Origin: an uncultured Methanoregulaceae archaeon
Lineage (GTDB): Archaea > Halobacteriota > Methanomicrobia > Methanomicrobiales > Methanospirillaceae
Assembly: GCA_963705255.1 (NCBI GenBank)
Contig: OY970061.1
Span: forward strand, 2,400,001-2,464,000
Direction of reading: 5' to 3'
DNA length: 64,000 nucleotides
The position numbers were made by a program, and so were the translations under genes. This document shows, piece after piece, positions 32,625 to 42,932 of the stretch. How positions within the stretch are numbered: the stretch's first letter is position 1; each line of letters starts with the position of its first letter. The notes below the pieces were generated by a model. That model was given only the letters and a program-made list of their open reading frames with translations. It searched no databases and was not told the DNA's origin.

Positions 32625-33083
32625 ATGAAAGAAAAATTTAAAAAAATCATCGATGAATTACCAATTTTGATGAAAAAACTAAACGAATCTCCCCTTTGCC
32701 ACCGGTTAGAAACAGAAAAATTTCCTGAAAAAGGAATTTACGTTTTTTACGAGAATGGAAAGCCGATGTATACCGGCCGCTCTGAAGATATGAAAGAACG
32801 CCTTAAAGCACATGGTCGTCCAAGTTCTGGTCATAATTCGGCAACTTTTGCATTTATTTTAGTTAAAGAGAACGTGATAGGCTCTGAAATTGATCTCACA
32901 CAATCTAGAGAAGATCTTGAAAAAGATACAAAATTTAAACCGATTTATCGAGCGATGAAAGCCCGAGTTGCAAAAATGCAGATCAAGACCGTTGAGATTG
33001 ACAATCCTATCACACAAACTTTTTTCGAAGTCTATGCGGCTCTCGAATTGAATACACCTTATAACGAATGGGGAACTCACTAA
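32625..33083 (+). CDS. GIY-YIG nuclease family protein
   Basis: GIYVF...YTGRS...RL..H, late E and YN residues. Confidence 0.82.
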   Translation: MKEKFKKIIDELPILMKKLNESPLCHRLETEKFPEKGIYVFYENGKPMYTGRSEDMKERLKAHGRPSSGHNSATFAFILVKENVIGSEIDLTQSREDLEKDTKFKPIYRAMKARVAKMQIKTVEIDNPITQTFFEVYAALELNTPYNEWGTH

Positions 33084-33229
33084 TCGATTTTTTCTGAGGT
33101 ATATTTATCGCTCGCACCAGGCTACCCACTCATTATCACGAGTTGTTTCCCGAATGGATCATAACAATCCCTGCGGCTGGTCTGGCACCGTTACCGATTT
33201 TCTCTCTCGCGAAAGCTGAATGGCCTGCT

Positions 33230-33427
33230 TCACTCCTGCCCCTTCGCCCACCACACCAGCACCGCCAGGACGACGACCAATATTCCAATGAAAATCGCCG
33301 GCATGTACGCCGAACCCCTGAACACGACAAGCACGATGTCCAGCACCATCCCGAGGGCCAGCCCCGCAGCGATGCCGACGATGAGGCGCTTGATCGTGCG
33401 GTCTTCGAATATGGTGGAGTCCGTCAT
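33230..33427 (-). CDS. Repeat A copy 4: intact 65-aa two-TM protein
   Basis: Uninterrupted ORF MTDSTIFEDRT...VWWAKGQE. Confidence 0.75.
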   Translation of the reverse strand: MTDSTIFEDRTIKRLIVGIAAGLALGMVLDIVLVVFRGSAYMPAIFIGILVVVLAVLVWWAKGQE

Positions 33428-33553
33428 GGTTGTTTCCTTACTTATTTTGTATCATGCTCATGGTTTTGGAATTTGTTTGTGATGTTCGGTTTTTTATTTC
33501 CATCACATCCACAACGGGTTGGCGCGGGAGTGCTGCCTTCAATTCCGTATGCC

Positions 33554-33676
33554 GGTGACTGGTGAGATTTCCCGGAACGGCAGAGTACCGTGTTCAGACC
33601 AAGCGTCTAAGCCGGGGGTGTCCGATCGGGAATTTTCTCCGGTCCGGGAATTGACGAACTGGGTTCACCAGGCACC
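33554..33676 (-). ncRNA. Candidate structured RNA, copy 2
   Basis: Same terminal stem; inner TTCCCGGA/TCCGGGAA stem; AT-rich palindrome GGATAAATTTATCC ~25 nt upstream. Confidence 0.6.
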
Positions 33677-33763
33677 GAAATATAGATCGGTATGCAAACA
33701 GGATAAATTTATCCAAAGGTATGATGATTACATACTTGGTATATTCCGGTATAAAAGTATGAG

Positions 33764-33898
33764 ATGGCTCTGACTACGATCAAGATCCAAACGGAAACAC
33801 GGGACAAACTTGCGGATCTTGGGAAAAAATCGGAGAGCTATGATACTATCATCAACCGATTGATTGAATTTTACCGGGTCAATGCAAAGAAAGAATAA
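33764..33898 (+). CDS. 44-aa ribbon-helix-helix DNA-binding protein (below ORF-track cutoff)
   Basis: MALTTIKIQTETRDKLADLGKKSESYDTIINRLI; GGTAT repeats upstream. Confidence 0.78.
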   Translation: MALTTIKIQTETRDKLADLGKKSESYDTIINRLIEFYRVNAKKE

Positions 33899-33938
33899 TC
33901 TGATTTTTCCTCCATCTGCTTGTGTTACATGAGCGTGC

Positions 33939-34049
33939 GGAGGGTCTGACGCTCAACGAGGCTTGAAGTGATTTGAAAATCGCTTCTCAAATCTGCCATT
34001 CATTCTGAACGGCAGATACTCCGCCCTAGCAGCGTGGGCTTGCCCTGGA
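33939..34049 (-). repeat. Element C copy 3 (left edge of AT-rich island)
   Basis: CCAGGGCAAGCCCACGCTGCTAGGGCGGAG - two hairpins - TGAGCGTCAGACC. Confidence 0.65.
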
Positions 34050-34117
34050 TGATTAAGCTAAAAATGAAATAATAATTCTTTCGTTCCGATATCGTACAGA
34101 AAATTTAGTTCTAAAAA

Positions 34118-34495
34118 TTATTTTACTAATAGTCCATTCCGCTGTAAAGCGAGAACAACTTCCATTTGTCCATTTTGAATGATCTTTGTTTTAACAACTT
34201 GATTCCATAAATTGTCCTCATTCGAACACGTTGGTTTTTCTTTTAGTATCTTGGCGGCATCAATTGCATAATTTTTGTTTTTCTTAGAATTTGTATATGC
34301 TCCCTTCGGAATCCCATGGATTAATCCAACTTCACAAAGACCCAGAAATGCAGATTTAGGACAACACTTCTTTCTCACTGATTCACTATTCGTCTGGGTT
34401 TTTATTGCTTGTTCCCACGCCTCAATGGGATCCCCCACCTTTTTTTCGGCGAATAACTTGACTGCTAAAATTGCACTATCCCCAAAAATACCCAA
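34118..34495 (-). CDS. DUF6979-like protein
   Basis: AW, KCCPKSAFLGLCE.GLI.GIPKG.Y, KNK.YA, NGQM.VV motifs. Confidence 0.7.
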   Translation of the reverse strand: MGIFGDSAILAVKLFAEKKVGDPIEAWEQAIKTQTNSESVRKKCCPKSAFLGLCEVGLIHGIPKGAYTNSKKNKNYAIDAAKILKEKPTCSNEDNLWNQVVKTKIIQNGQMEVVLALQRNGLLVK

Positions 34496-34545
34496 AATTA
34501 TCACCTCTTTAAATTTTCAATTTTGATATTGATTATCCTTCACGA

Positions 34546-35432
34546 TTAAATTGCTGCATATTTCGAATCTTCAAGACGATATATCTGAATTAATGCTGAT
34601 CCCTCAGCTAGATTGGAATCAGTGAAGGTTTTTAACGGCACTAAATTGTTTTCATCAATTTTGCTTTCCATATACGGTTTTTGGTGTGAACGATAATTCA
34701 TACCAGTTCGCCAACTCTTCGGAATTGGTCTTCGAATGAAAATCGCAGCGCCGAAGACCGGAACGTGCCATTGGGCAGAAGCTCCGACAAAACCTTTTCT
34801 TACAAAATCCACGACACCTTTCGGGCCTTCTTCGGATAATGGAACAAAGTAATGAACATGGCTTAGGATAACATCGACTCCTGGATTCTCCAGCTTATAT
34901 TGTTGGGGTCGTAGGTATCATAACAGATTGCTGGATAAAATCGAATTCCGTTTAAGGAAAAAATTCGTGGTTTCCCTAATTCTCCTAAACGAAAATCGGT
35001 TGTCAGTTTTACACACTTTTTTTTTTCAGTAGTTTTTACTTGATATTTTCTACCAATGGAAATAATTCCGGATTTATCAAGGGAGATTGAAATTTGATCT
35101 TCATCGAACCCTTCACGATTAAATGATCCATCAATTCCAATACTCACGACAATATGCGCTGGAAATTTTTTTAAGCAATTGCTAATTTCTTTTTCAATAA
35201 ACGGAAAAATGGACTCAGCAGGATCTTTACCGGTATGAATCCATCCTCCCGGGAACAAGATAATACCATCCCCAGATATTTCGAATGAAACTTTTTCGAC
35301 GACTCGAAATAACCCTCTGAGTCGGTCTATATTTTTTCCAATGTATGGATTGGTTTCTGAAAATCTATCATCAATTGTTTCGAGAGTTACCGTTGCAATC
35401 CATATTGATATACGAGAACGATCCGAAGTCAT
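34546..35432 (-). CDS. Carbon-nitrogen hydrolase (nitrilase)-fold protein (frameshift at C-run near 34906)
   Basis: IILFPGG, GRKY, AICYD, GVDVIL motifs; catalytic Glu position reads Gly. Confidence 0.6.
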
Positions 35433-35441
35433 ACTGGAAAA

Positions 35442-36122
35442 TTATTGATATTCTACTGGATCCTTGATTCCAGCTTCACGAAATGCGGCTAATCGTTCGT
35501 CACATGACCCACATTTTCCACATGGTTTTTCACCGCCTTTGTAACAAGTCCAGGTCATAGAATAATCCACATTGAGCGACATACCTCGTTTCACGATATC
35601 TCCTTTGGTCATGTGCAAGTATGGGACATCCAGAATTATGTCGCTCCAATCACAAAGATGAAACGCTGTCGTCATTGCGCTGACAAATGCGGGTCGACAG
35701 TCCGGATAAATCGTGTGATCGCCTGCGTGAGCACCATAAAACAGATGGTTCGCTTTTATCCCAATCGCATATGCTGCCGCGATACTGAGTAAAACCATGT
35801 TCCTGTTAGGAACGACGGTCTGTTTCATATTTTCATCTGCATAATTTCCTTCCGGAACGGCCCAGTCCTTCCGAGTGAGTGATGAAGGTGCAATGTCGTT
35901 GAGGATTCCGACATCGATAATTTTGTGAGGGATGTGTAGTCTTTGGCAAATCTTTTGTGCACAAACGATCTCGTTGTTATGTTTTTGATGGTAATCAAAC
36001 GTTACGGCGTTGATTTCATATCCTTGATCGATCAAGTCATAGAGTAAAGTCGTGCTGTCCATGCCACCGGATAAAATGAGAACTGCCTTCCTGATCAATG
36101 AAAATTTATTCGTTTTCGTCAT
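35442..36122 (-). CDS. queC: 7-cyano-7-deazaguanine (preQ0) synthase
   Basis: LSGGMDS, FDY.QKH, VVPNRN, YPDCRP, TWTCY...CGKCGSC motifs. Confidence 0.95.
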   Translation of the reverse strand: MTKTNKFSLIRKAVLILSGGMDSTTLLYDLIDQGYEINAVTFDYHQKHNNEIVCAQKICQRLHIPHKIIDVGILNDIAPSSLTRKDWAVPEGNYADENMKQTVVPNRNMVLLSIAAAYAIGIKANHLFYGAHAGDHTIYPDCRPAFVSAMTTAFHLCDWSDIILDVPYLHMTKGDIVKRGMSLNVDYSMTWTCYKGGEKPCGKCGSCDERLAAFREAGIKDPVEYQ

Positions 36123-36469
36123 GGGATTCTTTTCTAGTATCTTTCATAATGTCTTCAAATTTCACCTTATTTATCTGGTAGATCCGTTTTCTGCCATCGG
36201 TGGGATCCCTTCGCTTAGAGATGTACCGGATTTCCCGAGTTTCGATAAAATTTGATTTGAATATCTTACGTCATGCTTGAGCAGCTTTCTGCATCCGGGA
36301 AAATAAAATCTTCATTCCCAAATTTTGAATGTAACAACGAGAGATCTTTAAGGAGAAATTTGGGAATAAAAACTGCCATGTTGTCCAGAGCAGATTTTAT
36401 TCGAAATATACTTATAGTTATGAGTAGTCAAATCATTAATTAGTCTAATGATTTGTTTGGGTTTTTATC

Positions 36470-37501
36470 ATGTTATCCAGTATCAAAATTATTGAGACGG
36501 CTCATGGAAATTTACAGACACCTGCATTTTTTCCGGTTTATCATCTCAACAAACGGGGAACGGTATCGTGTCCGAAATTTTGGAATGAAATTCCTGAGTT
36601 AAAAACTATGCTCGTCAATGCGCATGGTATAAAAGAATGTAAACGGTTTAAAAAAATTCTCACCCATGGTCTGGATAAACACCTCCACTTTCCCGGGATA
36701 ATTTTTGTTGATAGTGGGGGTCTGCAAAACCGTCTCTACGATTTGAAATTGGATCCATTAGAGATGTTAAGGGTTCAGGAAAAGATTGGTGCAGATATTG
36801 CCGCAACTCTCGATGCTCCGGTCTTTTCAAATGATAATATTTCTTCTATGGATCATTCTGAGCGGATCAGAATCACCATTCAGAATGCTTTGCTCTCGTT
36901 GAAAAATCGTGAACGGGAGGATATGCGACTCTACGCCGTAATTCATGGTAACGAAATTAAAGTCATGACAAACATGATTGATTATCTCAAAAGGAAAGGC
37001 GATTTTGACGGGTTTGCCATTGGGGGCCTGATTTTCAAACGATCGAATTATCGGAGTCTTATTGATCTTGTCATCGCTCTTCGGAAACGAGCCGGCGGTA
37101 AACCTCTACATGTTTTCGGGCTCGGCGGACCGACAATGATCCCTTTGCTGACGTATCTCGGTGTAGATACATTCGATTCATCATCGTTTCTTTCGGTTGG
37201 CTCGAATCGCGTTTATTTTACTCCCGAGCAAGGGTCATGGGAATTCAAAGAGATGCCCGAGATGGAATTTTTACCTTGCGTCTGTCCTGTCTGCAGTAAG
37301 AATACCTTGGAACATGTTCGCTCTGAACGAAGATTGATCGGGATGCACAATTTATGGATGATTTCTTACGAGATTCGAAAGTTGAAAATGCATATTCAGG
37401 AGGGAGACATGGATTCATATCTTGATTATCGGTTTGCAAATAACCCCCAGATAAAAATTGCGTACAAATATGCAAAAGCAAAAATCAGAGGTTTTGTATG
37501 A
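36470..37501 (+). CDS. Guanine transglycosylase (TGT)-family protein without PUA domain
   Basis: TPAFFP, VDSGG, LDAP, AIGGL, HVFGLG, DTFDSSS, CVCPVC...HN motifs. Confidence 0.88.
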   Translation: MLSSIKIIETAHGNLQTPAFFPVYHLNKRGTVSCPKFWNEIPELKTMLVNAHGIKECKRFKKILTHGLDKHLHFPGIIFVDSGGLQNRLYDLKLDPLEMLRVQEKIGADIAATLDAPVFSNDNISSMDHSERIRITIQNALLSLKNREREDMRLYAVIHGNEIKVMTNMIDYLKRKGDFDGFAIGGLIFKRSNYRSLIDLVIALRKRAGGKPLHVFGLGGPTMIPLLTYLGVDTFDSSSFLSVGSNRVYFTPEQGSWEFKEMPEMEFLPCVCPVCSKNTLEHVRSERRLIGMHNLWMISYEIRKLKMHIQEGDMDSYLDYRFANNPQIKIAYKYAKAKIRGFV

Positions 37502-38340
37502 GGCAAACAATGCGTCCGGTCTCATTGAGTCGAGTTGTCGAGACAGCGGATTTCGCGAGAAAAAAAGGAAAATTTAGTAGTAAGGATTTAGCCGAATTTT
37601 TAAAATCTTCACCGTCAAGAGGAAAAGAAATTGCAGAAGAGTCAGTAAATATTGGCATTCTGGCAAAAGAGAATGAGTTTTACATTCCCACAGTGTTGTG
37701 TTCTCTATTCCTTAACGCTCTACGACAAAATGATTGGAAAGGAATTCACCACATAATGATGGATTACTCCTTTTACCGGAAATTTTTTAAAATTCTTGAA
37801 TCGATTGAACCGTCAAATCCGGAAGAGATTCTTTCAGCATTAGGAAAATCAACAATCCCCTTCAATGAGGTTTCCCGTCAGGTTCTCTGCGACTGGGGAG
37901 AGCGTATAGGTTCGGTCCAGCGCAATATTTTCACGAACCAGTATTTTACAATCAGGGATTCAGGTCAGTCAATTATTCCCTCATTCCTTGATACGTACCG
38001 ATCACTGAACGTTAAAACCGGGTTGTCACTTCGACAGAGATATGTCGAGATTCCAAAGGTACGGGAATCTGTTTGCCAGGAATTGAAGATCTCCCGTGAA
38101 AATTTTGATCTGCGTTTCATAGATTTATGTCAAAAAAACATCGGAAAGATCGAACTTGCGGGAGCTCCAGTAACAACCCATGCAAAAAAATCCTCAAAAA
38201 AAGTGAAAAATGTGCAGTTTCTTGAACTTCAAGACAAAATCACGATGAAATTGTCATCGAATCAGTTTCTTAACGGCGTAATGGTTGGAAGAAAATCATA
38301 TTATTTTGTAGCATATCATGGCGGTGAATTGATTGACTGA
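37498..38340 (+). CDS. Hypothetical, probably winged-helix, protein coupled to TGT and ATPase
   Basis: Overlaps both neighbours; HTH-like N-terminus; YVEIPKVRE.VC..L segment. Confidence 0.7.
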   Translation: MRQTMRPVSLSRVVETADFARKKGKFSSKDLAEFLKSSPSRGKEIAEESVNIGILAKENEFYIPTVLCSLFLNALRQNDWKGIHHIMMDYSFYRKFFKILESIEPSNPEEILSALGKSTIPFNEVSRQVLCDWGERIGSVQRNIFTNQYFTIRDSGQSIIPSFLDTYRSLNVKTGLSLRQRYVEIPKVRESVCQELKISRENFDLRFIDLCQKNIGKIELAGAPVTTHAKKSSKKVKNVQFLELQDKITMKLSSNQFLNGVMVGRKSYYFVAYHGGELID

Positions 38341-39514
38341 ATTTTCTCTGACTTTAAAAAATAAAGATTACTCTAAATATGGATTAGCTGGGAATCCCTT
38401 CCCTTTCTCCGGAGTGCCTGACGAACACCCGAGTATCTACATTGGCCAGGATGAAGTGCTCGAACGAATTAATTCTGTTTTGTCTTCGACAGTGTTATCG
38501 CACCAATCAAGCCACCTCATTATTACCGGATCGTATGGGAATGGTAAGAGTCATACCCTCAAATTTATCAAATCCCATATTCGTGACGAATTTTCTGATA
38601 AGTCGCCTAAGAAAATATGCGTCGGTTATGTTTCACAACCCGGGGAGACCTTCCTCGATATATATACGAAATTCATGTACGATCTCGGCTATCATTTCGT
38701 GAAGCAGTTGTCGCAATCATACCTTGGCCAGATCGCGTATCAACTATCCAAAGAGGGTCTGATCGATGCCAAAATCCGTAAAGGCCAAGGGTGGAAACGA
38801 ATAGAGAATGGCGACGTTTTGATATCCGATATTGTTCCCAAGGCTATTGAACGATTGAATGACAGGATTAAGTTCGTAGATTTTACCCGAGCTTTCATCG
38901 CAATGTCGTACGAAGAAAATTCCATTTACTCATGGGAGTGGCTCTGTGGTGAAGGGGTCGAGTACAACAAACGGCACGAATTGTCCCTCGGAAAAAATCT
39001 CAACGATACGAATTCCATCCGTGCATTTGGAGCATTGAAATTTATCCTGGAAGATCTGGACTACTCTTCGATCGTTCTTCTGATCGATGAATTCGAATAT
39101 ATCGAGACGCTCCCCCCGCTCAAGAAGCAGAAATTACTAAATTCACTCCGGCACATCATCGATATGAATGGAGAAGGACTCTCGATGATTATTGCCTGTG
39201 CGCCGGAAGTCTGGCAGACGATTGTCGCCGAGTATCATGCATTTTCCGAACGTATTGCAAAGGAGACGAATCTCAAACCTCTTGACCAGGATAAAATCCG
39301 GTTATTGCTGATGTCGTACCTCAACAACAAAAGAGAGAAAAATCAGAAATCGCTTCTCCCCTTTACTGACGATTCAATTGAAGAGATCTTCCAGATTTCG
39401 CAGGGAAATACCCGTCGTGTGATCTCCCTTTGTAGTCAGGCCCTCGATGCCTCATTGCAATTTAACAAGCCAACGATCGATCGTGAGATTCTTGATTCGG
39501 TAATTGCCGGATAA
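38333..39514 (+). CDS. AAA+ ATPase (BrxD/DUF2791-like)
   Basis: YGL..NPF, Walker A GSYGNGKSH, Walker B LLIDEFE, PFT...GNTR lid. Confidence 0.82.
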   Translation: MTEFSLTLKNKDYSKYGLAGNPFPFSGVPDEHPSIYIGQDEVLERINSVLSSTVLSHQSSHLIITGSYGNGKSHTLKFIKSHIRDEFSDKSPKKICVGYVSQPGETFLDIYTKFMYDLGYHFVKQLSQSYLGQIAYQLSKEGLIDAKIRKGQGWKRIENGDVLISDIVPKAIERLNDRIKFVDFTRAFIAMSYEENSIYSWEWLCGEGVEYNKRHELSLGKNLNDTNSIRAFGALKFILEDLDYSSIVLLIDEFEYIETLPPLKKQKLLNSLRHIIDMNGEGLSMIIACAPEVWQTIVAEYHAFSERIAKETNLKPLDQDKIRLLLMSYLNNKREKNQKSLLPFTDDSIEEIFQISQGNTRRVISLCSQALDASLQFNKPTIDREILDSVIAG

Positions 39515-39564
39515 GAATTGAAATCTAAAATTTTTGAAAGACCAGGAGAACATATTCCAATGTT

Positions 39565-39912
39565 CATATTCCGGGATAATGCAACAATCTTCACGGACAT
39601 CACTGGAAGGTTGAGGTTTGGGTCGATGGGGAAGTTGATGAAAAGACACAGATTGTTGTCGATTACAATACAATCAAGAAAGTGATTGAACGGTTTGACC
39701 ATATGGTAATCCTGAATCGAAAGGACCCAATGATCTCCTGCCTCGAACGATATCAATCGGTCGTATCGGCAGATGGGGATCCAACGAGTGAGCTCCTGGC
39801 TCTTCACTTTAAAAATATGCTTGAAAATGATGAGGATTTCAAGAGGGCTGATGCGAAGGTGACGCGGATTAGAGTTTGAGAATCACCGACGAGTTGTGCG
39901 GAGATCATATAA
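39565..39912 (+). pseudogene. queD: 6-carboxytetrahydropterin synthase pseudogene
   Basis: G*CNNLHGHHW...VDY...FDH...PTSE...RV*ESPTSCA; in-frame stops at 39577 and 39877; N-terminus missing. Confidence 0.85.
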
Positions 39913-39936
39913 AAATCTCATTTTCATTAAAAAAAA

Positions 39937-41926
39937 TCATTGGGAAAAAAATGATTGCCAAAGCTCTTGCAAAAGAATTACTCCGATGACGTGTTCTGCA
40001 TTTTCCCTCTTTAAAATGTAGTTACATCCATAATATGGCCGACTTTGAGAATTTTCTTGAGTGATTTGTTGCAATTCATAGTCCATCAAAATTGCTTGAG
40101 TGTCCCACGCAACAATCAAATTAACCTGATCGAAGTACTTTTTTGACGGTTCTGATTCAGACCGCATCAAAATTTTCAATAATATCATCTAAAGTTACTT
40201 TTACTTCACACCAATGACCGTCTCGTTTGTACCGGTTATGATTATCAAATAATCCTGAATATAATCCCAAGGGGTTGCCCTGTGAATATTCTGTGATAGG
40301 ATTTTTCTCTAATAAATAATTAAAGAAAATATCATATCGGGAACTTGAACCAGGTATTCCATTTACTTTGTATCCTAACAATTTATCTCGGGAAATTAGT
40401 TCGAGAAATAAAGTTAAAACCTCACTTTCATAAATTGGTTCTTTACTTAAAATTTTTGAATTTGTAAGATTTTGGCGATTTGAATTAATTTGTTCTTCGA
40501 GTTCTCGTAGTTGTTGACGTGCAGACGCAAGATCAGTCGTTCCATGTCGGGTTTCTTCACCAACATGGATTAAATTCTTCTGATACCGATTCAGTAGTCG
40601 GTTAATTGATTCATTGATAAATTCAATCAATTCGGTTAGTTCAACGGGATATGTTTTTCTGCCGATATCCGGCCGCAATTTTTCATTAAAATGATACAAA
40701 ACAAAAAGCCTTTTTTGAATTTGAGGAGGTAATGTAACGGGAATTAAATCATTTACAGCACCCACGGGCATTGATGTTGTTCCAATTAAAAAACCACCTT
40801 TTATCTGAATATCATATTGATTTCCATTAAGTGCCCCGTATTTTTCTTTATAATACGTATTTTTATGAGATAAGCAGAAGTAAATTTCGGGCCTATATTT
40901 TTCCAATAGTTCATTGATTTTTTGAAACTTATTGAATCCTTCAATTTGCTCTTGTGTTGAGGATTCTCGCTCTAGACTCGATAAATAATTTCCGAATACC
41001 AGTCGTATTCCATTATAATCTAATTCGTCCCAAATAACTTCGTACTGTCGAGTGACTGAAGTCGTTACTAATGTTGTATATTTTACTTGTTTTCCTTCAA
41101 GTGAATATGAATGAGGATAAAACATGCCCGGCGAAAATAAAATCGGCGTACCATCCGAAATTTCAGATATATATGATAAATAAATTTTACATTGTTTAAC
41201 CCATTCAGGAAGCGATTTATTTATATTTATATAACCTGCAGCTGTTCTCGTCAAAAGAAGATGTTTCCAAAATTCTAATTTATTTCTTCCACCTATCACT
41301 TTAATTTTTTTAATCCCTGATAAATCACCAAATATAATCTTTGCATAGGTACCTTTCGAAGTTGTATCAAGTTTATTTGTAAATAGAATTCTCCTATTTA
41401 GCGGGGGAATTGCAGTCGTTGAAATTTCGTCATGAGGTGTGTTGTGCAACCAAGAGGCACCACCTTCATATTTCGCTTGATTTTTATCAGTTTCACTCAC
41501 TTTCGAGTGAAATTCAATATAATCATGCCCATGTAAAACATAAGTCATTGCAACTCCTTTATGTCCGCGCATTGGAGTCGTATAAATTAAATTTTTCAAG
41601 GATAAATTTGGTTTAAAAACATCTTTGAAATGAGTTGAATCAACACCACATCCGTTATCAATTACTTCTATTAGATTTTGACCAGACCTGGCATCAATGT
41701 TAATTTTAAGCCATGGATATAGGTTATCGTCAGTTTCATCAAAATGAGTTTCGTCTTTCCACCTTTTTTCTAAGGCATCAAAACTATTCTGAACTAATTC
41801 AATAATAATATCGAATTTGTCGTGATAACTATCTACGATATTTTTCACCATTGTGAAATACATCACATTTTTTACATCTTCGGAAATATCCGCGGAATCA
41901 AATGGTAAGAATTGATCATCAGGCAT
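39937..41926 (-). CDS. GHKL ATPase fused to PD-(D/E)xK-like nuclease (frameshift near 40162)
   Basis: ELVQNSFDA, DNGCG, RGHKGV, GT boxes; C-terminal E.EV..LF...YD...EVK...LIVAWD. Confidence 0.75.
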
Positions 41927-42107
41927 TTTTTCCCTCTTTTAAACCTGTTCATTTATTGCTTAGTTTGATTTTTTACACTTTACTCAGGTTCACCTATCTA
42001 TATATTCCTATTTTGAATAGAGCTGGTTTAACAAAAACGAGATCGTAGAACAAAAAATTACTGACGATCTATGCGAGATCAGGTATTTTATAGGATGAAT
42101 AAAAAAA

Positions 42108-42932
42108 TTATTTTGATAGATACTGTCCTAAAGTACTGTTCTCAAACAGTACAGGTTTTTTTATGTGAATCGTGTTGATGTCGAATTTTCCACGATGTAA
42201 TTCCAAATAATTTTCCTTAACCAATTTATTAACAATTTTTTGAAGTATGTCTAAAGAGAGGGTTCCTTTTGAGAAAAATAAATCAAGATCCGAATAGAGA
42301 TTGCTCTCTTTTACAGCATCCATCTCCAATTTATTGAGCACGGTTTCCAAATCTTTCATTGAAAGAAGGTCAATTGCTTTTCCTTCCAATCCTGGGTCAA
42401 ATTTCACTACAGGGCCAGAGGTATAATAAACACTCAAAGATTTTGACCACGATCTTAAACCCCCCTCAGCATATTTATTCAAGCCATGTAGTTTTTTAAT
42501 TTCATCAATAATTTTTTCGTAATCTGAGAACCCTTCTCGAATCATTTTTACAAAATCGCGGAAAACTGCATTATGGCTATACATATTCTTGAAAAAAGTA
42601 AATGAGACAAATGAATCCCATTCACCATTTGCACAACGAGATGCCACTCGTTTGCCAAGTATGCTTAAACTTTCATTTTCGATAAACTCCAATTTTTTTA
42701 ATAATTGAATTTGCGAGGAGATATGCTCACGAGAAACATTTTTAAACAACTCCCCCTCAGTCCTCCTTTTCTTCTCGTTATAAAAATTAAGAATATCATC
42801 TTCAAAATTCTGAAGAGGTTTGGAATCCAATTCAATATTCAGGAGTATTTCAAGAATTTCACAACAAGTACTCATTTTAGTTATTGAAAGTAAATGTTTT
42901 GAGATTTCAGAGGTGTTTTGTCGTAGAGCCAT
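42108..42932 (-). CDS. Hypothetical, probably winged-helix, protein
   Basis: 274-aa ORF abutting the large ATPase gene. Confidence 0.7.
   Translation of the reverse strand: MALRQNTSEISKHLLSITKMSTCCEILEILLNIELDSKPLQNFEDDILNFYNEKKRRTEGELFKNVSREHISSQIQLLKKLEFIENESLSILGKRVASRCANGEWDSFVSFTFFKNMYSHNAVFRDFVKMIREGFSDYEKIIDEIKKLHGLNKYAEGGLRSWSKSLSVYYTSGPVVKFDPGLEGKAIDLLSMKDLETVLNKLEMDAVKESNLYSDLDLFFSKGTLSLDILQKIVNKLVKENYLELHRGKFDINTIHIKKPVLFENSTLGQYLSK

Noticed and set aside
31781-34049. Canonical integron attC array
   Set aside because: R/L boxes do not pair as required and no integron integrase is in the window; kept only as an analogy
35442-37501. Type IV CBASS or QatABCD (QueC-containing systems)
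   Set aside because: No CD-NTase, OGG-like or TatD gene seen; QueC is canonical in length and motifs
37498-39514. BREX system
   Set aside because: The ATPase is BrxD-like but no PglZ, PglX or BrxC is recognisable
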